64,000 bases of DNA. Source: Thermoplasmata archaeon. GTDB lineage: Archaea > Thermoplasmatota > Thermoplasmata > Lutacidiplasmatales > UBA184. A program made the translations under genes and the position numbers. Below are positions 27,688 to 35,903 of this stretch, one piece after another (the first letter of the stretch is position 1; the number at the start of each line of letters is the position of its first letter). The notes under the pieces are model-generated. The model saw nothing but the letters and a program-made list of their open reading frames with translations, searched no databases and was not told where the DNA came from. Location of the stretch: the NCBI GenBank assembly GCA_036404475.1, contig DASWZL010000019.1, positions 7,181-71,180 on the forward strand, given 5' to 3'.

Positions 27688-30660
27688 CTATTCTGTCGGG
27701 CGGACAGCCTCGGCCGGGGGTAGTCGCGCGGCCCTGAGAGAGGGTTCTGCGACCGCGGCCATGGCGAGGGCGTACGCGACCCCGAGAATGAGGAGGAGAT
27801 TCGTCCACGGAATCGAGAACGTGGTCGCGTCCGAAGCCGCGGCCAACGGGCCGATGGTGAGGTTGTAGACGATCAGCATGCCGAGGGCGGTCCCGATTCC
27901 GATCCCGAGAAGAGTCACGAAGGAGTACTCGAGGAAGAACGCCTTCAGGACCATTCGGCGAGTGAACCCGTAGGCCCGGATCATGCCGATCTCGCGCTTG
28001 CGTTCGACCACCGCCCGCACAGCGACGATTCCCATCGCCGCGATGCCGACCGCGAGCCCGAGACCGACAAAGATCTGGAGCAGTCCGATGACCCCCTCCG
28101 TTTGGGCGATGGATTTCGCGAGCAGCGCCGGTATGTCGTACAATACGAGCCCGTAACGGAAGAACGCGGCTTTGGCGACCTGGGCGGCGTGGGTCGCGGA
28201 TGCCCCGGGAGCGGTCGTCAGGAAGAACGCCGTCTCCTGGGTGAACCCGAGGCTCAGCGCCATCGCGGGATTGATCCAGACCCCCGAAATCACGTTCTCG
28301 GCAAGGATGCCGATGACCGTGACGTTCGTCCCAGCACCCGTCGCCGGATTCTTGAGGTGAATGATTTCTCCCACCGCCACGGTGGGGTGGGGTGATGAGG
28401 AGCTCGTTCCCTCGACGTTCGCTGTGGCGGGAGCGTAGGTCTGGTCGACTATGGCGACCGTGGCGTTCGTTTCGAGGCCGTTCATCACCTCCCCGGTGCT
28501 CATCCCTCTCCATGTAGAAGTGAAGGGGAACTGGTTGGTCGAGTAGAAGTCGGACGAGGCGTTCTGTCCCGCGGGGGCGGAGTAGAGGCTATCGTCGTAC
28601 GGGTTCGCGGAATAGCCACTCACGTTGACCTCGACTCCGCCCATGTAGAGCGGGACCACGTCCCGGAATTGGGACGCAAGAGAGGCGTTGCTCGAGATCT
28701 GGCCGGGCAGGTTGGGGATCGCGGTGCTCGAGACGCCGAAGAACGTGTACCCGCCCGATTGTTCCGCCACCGTGTTGTTGAGGCTGGCCTGGACCGTACC
28801 TCCGACCGTCGCGATGGCGACGAGCGTGAACACCACGAGCGCGAAGATCGCAAGGGTGATCGTGGTTCGCGTCGACTTTCGAGCCGGATAGGAGAGGGCA
28901 ATGCGTGCGACCGGGGCCCGACCCGACCTCCCTTCAGCGAGTCGAAGGAGCCCCGCTACGATTGCGGTAGAGTTGAACGCGAAGAGGAGCAACGCTCCTC
29001 CGACCATGATGATCCCCTCCACGAAGACCAGGAAGATTCCGCCGGAGTGGGTGTTTCCGAGGACGGCGGCGTGGAGAGGCTCAAGCCCGGCCCAGACGAC
29101 AAAGCCCGCTCCCGCGGCCGAGAACGCGATGCGGTTCGGTAGGAACCTCGAGGCAACGAGCGCGGCACCCAAGATCATCATCGCCCCGCCGATGATGGGA
29201 TACGAGAAGTCCGACGTCCCGCGGGACGTGAGGGCGAATAGCAACGCTCCAAGCACGAGGACGAGGATGCCGAGGTAGGCGAGGTAGGTGTAGACGCGGG
29301 TCGTGGGGGCAGGTTCGGGGAGGTCCCGGATCGCGCGAACGATGTTGAGTCGAGCCGAACGTCGACTCGCGATGATGACCGTAACCAGTGTGAGGAGGAA
29401 TCCAATGACGTACGCGATCAGGAGGGTCTGTGGGAGGACCGTGAAGGAGTCGAGGATCGCTGCCTGGGAGAGGCCCGGTTCCGGAAAGAGCACACTAAAC
29501 GCATAGGTCAGCCCATACCCTGCGCCCACCCCCAGGAGGGTCCCGGCGAGGGCGCTTCCGGCCGAGTAGGCGAGGCCTTCAAAGTAGAACGAATAGACAA
29601 GTTCGCGCCGATTGAGGCCGATGGCGCGGAGCATCCCCATCTCTCCCTTGCGCTCCTCCGCCAGCAGCACAAATATCCCGATGATCAGCATCGCCCCCGC
29701 GACTATCGAGAAGAGTCCGAGCACGAGGAACAGTGTCGAGATGCTGCTCCCCGCGCTTTCAGCGGTCGCGATGCCGCTTTGGAGCGGCTCCTGGACCTTT
29801 AGCCCAGCCGCCGCGGGAATCAAAGCGATCGTGGCGGTCAGCTTCGCGCTCACCGTGTCCGATAGCGTTACTCCGGTCTGCTGGGGACCGCTGTTGGTTA
29901 CCGTGATGTAGTTGATCTGCCCAGAGAGGTTCTCGACCCTTTGTGATGTCGAGAGGTCGGTAAACACGCTTCCGAAATTTCCGACACCCCCGGTTGGGAA
30001 GGCGCCCCGCACGTTGTCCTGGACAATGGCTTGAACGACAGCAACCACCGGGGTTTGGGCGGCGCCGTAGAGGACAACGGTATTGCCGGCCGAGGCGTTC
30101 AGCTCGGATGCGGCCAGGTCATCCAACAGGACCTCGCCGGGCGCGGGGCCGGCAATCGACTGCCCGCCGTCGGATACGAAGGTGCCCAACTGGCCGCTCT
30201 GATTCGCGTTGACCCCGATGAAGTAAAGGTTCGGCTGGGGAACAGCGGTCGACCGGTCGAACACGGCCACGGTGGTCACGAGTTCCGGAGCGATACCGGC
30301 GATGTCGGTGTCCTCGCTAGTCAGGGCAGCGACCTGCGTATAGACGGAGTAGGGGAACGGAGCTAGCGAACCGATCGGAGTCACGTTCGAGATGGACTCG
30401 TCATCGTACCCGGCTCCGAGTAGAGTGTAGTGCAGGTCGAGTTGGTTGATCGTGTCGCCGACGATGAGACTCCCGGACACGATAGTGGTCGCGACGAGGA
30501 GACCGAGGATGAGCAGGATCGTCCGTGACCGAGAGCGGCGGACGTTCCTCAGGCCAACGCGAAGCGCAAGGTGGTGGCGCAGCGCGAGCACCGCCGAGAT
30601 TACGGCGACCGCAAGCAGAATGAGCAACAGTAGGGGGATGACGGCCGGGCTGGCGCTCAT
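27688..30660 (-). CDS. ABC transporter permease with duplicated FtsX/MacB-type modules (990 aa)
   Basis: There are two repeats of TM + large extracytoplasmic domain + 3-TM FtsX bundle (..EMGMLRAIGL.., ..EIGMIRAYGF..). Confidence 0.85.
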   Translation of the reverse strand: MSASPAVIPLLLLILLAVAVISAVLALRHHLALRVGLRNVRRSRSRTILLILGLLVATTIVSGSLIVGDTINQLDLHYTLLGAGYDDESISNVTPIGSLAPFPYSVYTQVAALTSEDTDIAGIAPELVTTVAVFDRSTAVPQPNLYFIGVNANQSGQLGTFVSDGGQSIAGPAPGEVLLDDLAASELNASAGNTVVLYGAAQTPVVAVVQAIVQDNVRGAFPTGGVGNFGSVFTDLSTSQRVENLSGQINYITVTNSGPQQTGVTLSDTVSAKLTATIALIPAAAGLKVQEPLQSGIATAESAGSSISTLFLVLGLFSIVAGAMLIIGIFVLLAEERKGEMGMLRAIGLNRRELVYSFYFEGLAYSAGSALAGTLLGVGAGYGLTYAFSVLFPEPGLSQAAILDSFTVLPQTLLIAYVIGFLLTLVTVIIASRRSARLNIVRAIRDLPEPAPTTRVYTYLAYLGILVLVLGALLFALTSRGTSDFSYPIIGGAMMILGAALVASRFLPNRIAFSAAGAGFVVWAGLEPLHAAVLGNTHSGGIFLVFVEGIIMVGGALLLFAFNSTAIVAGLLRLAEGRSGRAPVARIALSYPARKSTRTTITLAIFALVVFTLVAIATVGGTVQASLNNTVAEQSGGYTFFGVSSTAIPNLPGQISSNASLASQFRDVVPLYMGGVEVNVSGYSANPYDDSLYSAPAGQNASSDFYSTNQFPFTSTWRGMSTGEVMNGLETNATVAIVDQTYAPATANVEGTSSSSPHPTVAVGEIIHLKNPATGAGTNVTVIGILAENVISGVWINPAMALSLGFTQETAFFLTTAPGASATHAAQVAKAAFFRYGLVLYDIPALLAKSIAQTEGVIGLLQIFVGLGLAVGIAAMGIVAVRAVVERKREIGMIRAYGFTRRMVLKAFFLEYSFVTLLGIGIGTALGMLIVYNLTIGPLAAASDATTFSIPWTNLLLILGVAYALAMAAVAEPSLRAARLPPAEAVRPTE

Positions 30661-30666
30661 GGACCC

Positions 30667-31386
30667 CTAGCTCACGAATCTTCCGTCCCGCATCCTCAGG
30701 GTTCGGTCGCACGTAGCGGCCACGGCGGCATCGTGGGTGACGACCACCATTGTCTGTCCGTACTGTTTGTTGAGTTCCCGTAGTAGTCTTGTGACTTCGT
30801 GAGACCCCTCGTCATCGAGGTTCCCGGTTGGTTCGTCGGCCCAGACGATCGCCGGATGACCCACGAGCGCCCGCGCGAGAGAGACGCGCTGCTGCTGGCC
30901 TCCCGATAGCTCGGATGGACGGCGGTTGACGCGGTCGCCAAGCCCGAGGTCGTCGAGCATCTTGGTCGCCCGCCCGCGGGCCTCTCGTCCCTTGACCCCG
31001 GCGACCAGCAGGGGCATCTCTACGTTCTCCACTGCGGAAAGGACCGGGAGGAGGTTGTAGGATTGGAAGACGAACCCGGTGCGACGGGCCCGATACTGGC
31101 TCTTCTGGTCGTCATTCATCGAATGGAGTGCGACTCCCTCGAGCAGGACCTCCCCTCGCGAGACGTCGTCCAGCCCTGAGAAGCAATTGAGAAAGGTTGT
31201 CTTGCCACACCCCGACGGTCCCATAATCGCAAGCATTTCCCCTCGGGAGATCTCTATGTTGATCCCGTGGAGGGCGGTGATCTCGGTGTCCCCTGTCCCG
31301 TAGACCTTCCAGACGTCCTTCCCAATCACGACGGGTTCGGGCATTGGCAGCGGGCGAAAGTCATAGTGACCATAAACCTGCTTCAC
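30667..31386 (-). CDS. ABC transporter ATP-binding protein (MacB/LolD-like)
   Basis: GPSGCGKTT (Walker A), LSGGQQQRVSLARAL (signature), WADEPTGNLD (Walker B). Confidence 0.95.
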   Translation of the reverse strand: MKQVYGHYDFRPLPMPEPVVIGKDVWKVYGTGDTEITALHGINIEISRGEMLAIMGPSGCGKTTFLNCFSGLDDVSRGEVLLEGVALHSMNDDQKSQYRARRTGFVFQSYNLLPVLSAVENVEMPLLVAGVKGREARGRATKMLDDLGLGDRVNRRPSELSGGQQQRVSLARALVGHPAIVWADEPTGNLDDEGSHEVTRLLRELNKQYGQTMVVVTHDAAVAATCDRTLRMRDGRFVS

Positions 31387-31569
31387 CGGAGTCTAAGCTC
31401 TGGGGCGCTGCCTCGCGCCCTTTTCTCGGTCGGTCATCGACCCCGCATGCCCCGCAAGATGCGTTCCAAAACCCCTAGGCCCTGCCTTCGGACGGTGGAT
31501 CTAACGTCTCGCCTTTTCCAACGACATTATGCGAACGCGCGGGATGCCGTGATTCGCCGGTAGATCCCC

Positions 31570-31716
31570 GTGAGTCCTGCCACCGTCCTAGACGGTCCGG
31601 GTCCCGCAGCCCGGCGGAAGACGCGTCGGACGTGGACCGTCACGGGCATCTTGGCGGTCATTGTCATCGTAGCGGCCGTCGTGGCGGCGACCCGAAAACC
31701 GTCTCCGCGGGATTAA
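31570..31716 (+). CDS. Possible 48-aa single-TM peptide (not in ORF track; speculative)
   Basis: A GTG-initiated frame reads MSPATVLDGPGPAARRKTRRTWTVTGILAVIVIVAAVVAATRKPSPRD*, with a basic stretch followed by a hydrophobic helix. Confidence 0.2.
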   Translation: MSPATVLDGPGPAARRKTRRTWTVTGILAVIVIVAAVVAATRKPSPRD

Positions 31717-31966
31717 GCCACGGTCCGCGGGCGGTGTGCGCGTAGATGCTTGCAGCGGGGTCGTTCTGGGACGAAGGGTCCTGGAGTCAACCGTTCGAAC
31801 CGACATTCGGCCCACAACATCGCACGATTCGATAGGTCTCGTGCCGGGAGTCCCCGCAGGGATCGACGGCCTGCCCCTCCCCGGCTCATCGCTCACTCCG
31901 TCACGGCGGGTCTCCTCCAATGAGTTCATCTATGGAAACAGCTCGTCGGGATTGGGGCGAACTCGA

Positions 31967-32401
31967 ATGTTAGGTCCGATGGATCAAACGGCCGTGAAGC
32001 AGCACCTTAGCGCGGTTCCGCTGTTTTCGCGCCTCAGCAAGAAGCTCCTGCATACGCTAGCCGTCACGGCAGCCGACAAGACCTACAACCCGGGCGACGT
32101 CATCGTACGGCAGGGCGAGAAGGCCCTCGGATTCTATCTCGTCGTGGAGGGGAAGGTGGACGTGGAGAAGGCCGGCAAGATCGTCGCGACCCTGGGTCCG
32201 GGCCAGTTCTTTGGGGAGATGGCCCTCCTCGACGAGGAACCTCGTACCGCGAGCGTAAAGGCGGCAACTCGATCCCGGTGCCTGGTCGTCTATTCGTGGG
32301 AGTTCTGGGCGTCCGTCGGCAAGGACCCTGAGGCGTTGCGGTCGCTCCTGAAGGAGTCGGTCCGGCGGCTACGAGGGTCTACTCCGGCTCCCGAGGATTG
32401 A
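31967..32401 (+). CDS. Stand-alone cyclic-nucleotide-binding (CAP/PKA-type) domain protein, no output domain
   Basis: It starts at MLGPMDQT (ATG 31967). The phosphate-binding cassette GQFFGEMALLDEEPRTASVKA is intact. At ~144 aa there is no HTH or effector domain. Confidence 0.85.
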   Translation: MLGPMDQTAVKQHLSAVPLFSRLSKKLLHTLAVTAADKTYNPGDVIVRQGEKALGFYLVVEGKVDVEKAGKIVATLGPGQFFGEMALLDEEPRTASVKAATRSRCLVVYSWEFWASVGKDPEALRSLLKESVRRLRGSTPAPED

Positions 32402-32604
32402 CCTCGAAAACGTCGAGTAGAGGGTTCTCGAGCGCTCCTGGCGGTGTGTCATCGGGGGCGCGCGCCGTCAATTAACGGATTCCCCTTCAACGCCGGAGAT
32501 GATCCACGGACCCGTGCCCACCGGTGGGGGCGCACGACTCCTCCTACTGCTCTACCCCGGCCCGGGAAGTGGTCTCCGGCTCGGGACCACCGAGGGAGCT
32601 TCTT

Positions 32605-33492
32605 TCAGCGCCCCGCGGAGGGCAGGTTTCCGGTCCGTTGCGAGAAGGTCAGTCGATGTAGGTCAACGGCCAGCCACCGCCAGCCCTCTTTCGTTTCAAT
32701 TGGCGCCACCCCGATGTCGTCCCGGGCTAGGTCGGGGCAGTATTTTCGCAGACATGCGATGACCTTCTCCGGGTTGTCGCCCGTCAGGCTCGAGATCTCC
32801 GACGTCGTTCCGAGCCAGCCCCCGTTCCGAACCAGGTCCCGAAGGACCTGGACGTACCGAGGAAGGTCTCCCGCGGGTTCGGACGAGCTCCGCCCGCCGG
32901 AGATCGACGGGTTGACCGGGGCCGCTACCGGCGCGACCGGGGCCGTGGGCCCGACGACTTCGTTCCGAGCGGACGGGGTTTTCGCGATGGGCAGAGGGGC
33001 GGTGGCGGGACGACGCACTCCGTCCAATTCTTGGATGATCGCATCGAGTTCCTCTTCGAACGGGCTCTTTTGATGTATCGGCGGGGGGGTCGGGGCGATC
33101 AAGGGGCGAAGCTCAACTCGGGGCTCGGGTGGGTCGGATTCTCGTTTCTCGGACGTGGGAATGAAGATGTCCGGGTCGGAGACTCGAGCTTGAATGATCC
33201 GGGTGAGTTCGGCCAGTTCGGGGTCGGGTACGGGTCGAAGACTCCGCCGCATCCGGAACCGGTCCAGCGCCCCCCGGAGCTCGCCGCTCGGCACGCGAAA
33301 AGTCCGGCGACGCTCCCCGTCGTGCATCTCTATGCACGGATTCCCTTCTCCGTCTCGAAAAAGTCGAAGGCCGGCGTACCGTACCAGGTCGCGGTATAGT
33401 TCGTGTGCTGGAGGCCCTCCCATGGCCCCGATTGGGGGAATCCACTCGCGCGATGCGGATCGGCTCAGATCACGGATGCCGATTTCTTCCAT
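32605..33492 (-). CDS. Hypothetical protein: two small globular ends joined by a Pro-rich low-complexity linker
   Basis: The frame looks coding, but I recognise no catalytic motif. The N- and C-terminal segments loosely resemble the terminal regions of mobile-element primase/helicase-associated proteins. Confidence 0.5.
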   Translation of the reverse strand: MEEIGIRDLSRSASREWIPPIGAMGGPPAHELYRDLVRYAGLRLFRDGEGNPCIEMHDGERRRTFRVPSGELRGALDRFRMRRSLRPVPDPELAELTRIIQARVSDPDIFIPTSEKRESDPPEPRVELRPLIAPTPPPIHQKSPFEEELDAIIQELDGVRRPATAPLPIAKTPSARNEVVGPTAPVAPVAAPVNPSISGGRSSSEPAGDLPRYVQVLRDLVRNGGWLGTTSEISSLTGDNPEKVIACLRKYCPDLARDDIGVAPIETKEGWRWLAVDLHRLTFSQRTGNLPSAGR

Positions 33493-33837
33493 CTTTGCGC
33501 ACCGTCGTTTCTGGACCTCCGGCGGTGGGAACGATTGCGGTGAACCTCGAGGGAGTCACAACTGATGGTTCGGCTCCCCGCTTTAGAGCTTTTCGAAGCA
33601 CTGGAAAGCTCAGTCGCCTCCCATGCCGGTCGATGTATCGTTCGGCGGACACGCCCCCGGGGGGGCGGGCGCGGAGAATCCCACCTAATGAATGGCGCAA
33701 GCGGATTCTTGCGGCTGATAGAGAAAAGGAGCTAGAAAATCGATTCCCGGAGGACCCGGGAACCGACCTCGGACCTCCGGTCGGAGTGATTTCGTGCGAC
33801 GCGGACGAGCTGTGTGTCCGCGGACGCGGAACAGAGG

Positions 33838-34050
33838 CTACTTGGGGTCCTCGGATGTTGGCTCGGTCCACTCTCGCATCGATGTCCGTCGAATCCCCGC
33901 AGCCCGCGCAAGGACGTTCTTCGTTCCTTCCTTGGCCAGGTGGGGCGCGTCGGCCACATCAATCTCGACGTCCGTGCCGATTTCCCCCAATACCTTTCGC
34001 ATCTCGTGCAGGTGCTCTCGAAATCGCGGTCGGTCAGCCTCGTCGGTCAT
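33838..34050 (-). CDS. Small acidic hypothetical protein (70 aa) downstream of the KaiC-like pair
   Basis: It starts at an internal Met (MTDEADRPRFREHLHEMRKVLGEI...) of track ORF 33838..34383. The upstream part of that ORF overlaps the KaiC-like gene out of frame. A 7-bp hairpin, CGCGGAC..GTCCGCG, follows the stop. Confidence 0.35.
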   Translation of the reverse strand: MTDEADRPRFREHLHEMRKVLGEIGTDVEIDVADAPHLAKEGTKNVLARAAGIRRTSMREWTEPTSEDPK

Positions 34051-34195
34051 GGATACGGGCCTAGGAGTCCGAGCTCCTGGTCCAAAAACCTTGAGGTGGA
34101 CGGGAACCGTGGGCGGCATGGAACGGCGGTCGCGCCTCCGAAGCCGAAGGCGTACTAAGAGGCGCGGACGGGCTCCGATACGGCGATGCGTGGGT

Positions 34196-34921
34196 CTACG
34201 GTCCGCCGAAGTCGACGGCCTTCGCGTCGACCGTGATCCCGTTCGGGCCGATGGAGTACGGCTGGACGGTGCGGACGTGGGCCGTCCGCCGCATCTTGAG
34301 CACCCGCAGGGAGAGACCGACCCGGTGCCCGTCCGGCCCGGTGCGGTACCCGAGCAGTAAGACCCCGTCGGCCACGTACTCACTGAGCCCGTCGCGGCTG
34401 ACCTCGGGGTGGAGCGGGTCGGCTTCCGCGGTCAACAGGGTCGTCGCACCGGCCTCCCGGCACGCGGCCGCGAGAGCGAAGAGGGTGGACCGACGGCCGG
34501 ATTCGTCATCGCTCAGCATGTTGAGCAGGGAGACCGAATCGACGACGATCCGCCGGGCGCCGAGGCCCGTGAGCTCCTTCCCGAGCTCTCCCTGGATCCG
34601 GTGGAGGCTCTGTCGGGTCTCCTTCGGGTCGATCCGGAGGACCTTCAGCGTCCCCGCGCCGACCGCGGCGTCGACCGGCCAGTGGAACTGACGGGCGCTC
34701 TCGAGCAGCGGAGCGACGTCCTCTTCGAGCGACAGAAAGACGCCCTTCTCGCCGATGGCCGCGCCGGCCATCAGGAACTGGAGGCCGAAGCAGGTCTTCC
34801 CGGTACCGGGAAGGCCCGTGACCAGGACGACGTGGCCGGCGGGGAACCCTCCCCCGACCATCTCGTCGAGCCCGCCAATCCCGGTCGGGACCCGCGCCCG
34901 GCTCTTTTCAGACCCGCTCAT
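34196..34921 (-). CDS. KaiC/RecA-superfamily ATPase (single-domain, COG0467-like)
   Basis: Family motifs: VPTGIGGLDEMVGGGFPAG, Walker A GLPGTGKT, Walker B IVVDSVS. Confidence 0.85.
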   Translation of the reverse strand: MSGSEKSRARVPTGIGGLDEMVGGGFPAGHVVLVTGLPGTGKTCFGLQFLMAGAAIGEKGVFLSLEEDVAPLLESARQFHWPVDAAVGAGTLKVLRIDPKETRQSLHRIQGELGKELTGLGARRIVVDSVSLLNMLSDDESGRRSTLFALAAACREAGATTLLTAEADPLHPEVSRDGLSEYVADGVLLLGYRTGPDGHRVGLSLRVLKMRRTAHVRTVQPYSIGPNGITVDAKAVDFGGP

Positions 34922-35855
34922 ATTGTGTGGTCACCAACCCGCTCGCCGCGTTCACTCGGATCACGAACCGGCCGAGGTATTCGACCGGCATTCGAGCGAG
35001 GATCGGCATGAACTTGTCGATCACCATCGCCCGTTGCCGATGGGACTGGCTCGGGCTCGTAACCCAGCTGAAGTGGAGGACCCCATCGACCGAATCGATC
35101 ACGGCCTGCTCGACCGCAGCGGGGGCGACCCCCTTCGAGAGAAGGAGGTAGACGACGCCGTCCCATTCCTTCGCCCTTCGGCGCAGTCCCTTCAGGAGGG
35201 TCACGAGGTCCGTCGGCTCCAGGCCGCGACGGACGAGTAGGTCGGTCAAGGAATCCACGATGACGAGGTTCTTGCGACCGTCCTGGTCGACCGCGTCCGC
35301 CAGGGCGCGCAGGGGACCACCGTCGTCGGGCGCGGCGCTCACGGGAGCCCCTGAGAGGAGCGCGCTCGAGAGCGACGCCCAGGACGAGGGCACGACCGTG
35401 TCCTGGAAGTAGGCAGGCGAAAGGTCGTGGAAGTTGATGTGCCGTGAAAGCACCTCCGAGTAGGTCACGTCGAACGCGCCGTGCAGTTCCGCGATCACCT
35501 GCTCGCGGGAGCGGCTGGTGCTGACGTACACGACACCTTGAGGGTAGACGAACGGCCCCTTGGCGCTCCCGAGATAGAGATGGTGCATGCTCGGGTCGTC
35601 GTAGTGAAGCATCAGATGGACGGCCGAGGTGAGCGCGAACTCCTGGTGGCCGGACCCGGCCTCGCCGAAGAGGAGCACGACCGAACCGGTGGGGAACCCT
35701 CCGGTGAGGGAGTCGAAGTCCGGAACCCCCGTGGGAACTCGGGTCGCCCCCTCGGGCAACTCGAGGTGGGGAGGGGGTCCCGGAGGTCGCAGCGGAACGA
35801 AGAAAGGACGAGGAGAGTCGCCGGGCATGGAGACCGTTCTGGGCGGTCGAACCAC
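34908..35855 (-). CDS. KaiC-like protein with degenerate Walker A (predicted non-catalytic paralogue)
   Basis: It has the same fold signature (VPTGVPDFDSLTGGFPTGSVVLLFG), but the P-loop reads GEAGSGHQ, with His where the Lys should be. LVIVDSLT is retained. It overlaps the next gene by 14 nt. Confidence 0.7.
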   Translation of the reverse strand: MVRPPRTVSMPGDSPRPFFVPLRPPGPPPHLELPEGATRVPTGVPDFDSLTGGFPTGSVVLLFGEAGSGHQEFALTSAVHLMLHYDDPSMHHLYLGSAKGPFVYPQGVVYVSTSRSREQVIAELHGAFDVTYSEVLSRHINFHDLSPAYFQDTVVPSSWASLSSALLSGAPVSAAPDDGGPLRALADAVDQDGRKNLVIVDSLTDLLVRRGLEPTDLVTLLKGLRRRAKEWDGVVYLLLSKGVAPAAVEQAVIDSVDGVLHFSWVTSPSQSHRQRAMVIDKFMPILARMPVEYLGRFVIRVNAASGLVTTQYERV

Positions 35856-35903
35856 CCGGGGGTCGACTATTAGTAGGCTCGTTTCGACGCGCGGGTGTCG
35901 AGG

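Noticed and set aside
33405-34383. Several overlapping ORFs (33405..34064 +, 33794..34360 +, 33814..34158 +, and the upstream part of 33838..34383 -)
   Set aside because: Their translations are Arg/Ser/Pro-rich, and they conflict with each other and with the KaiC-like gene. Only the 70-codon C-terminal part of the minus-strand ORF looks protein-like, and even that call is low confidence.
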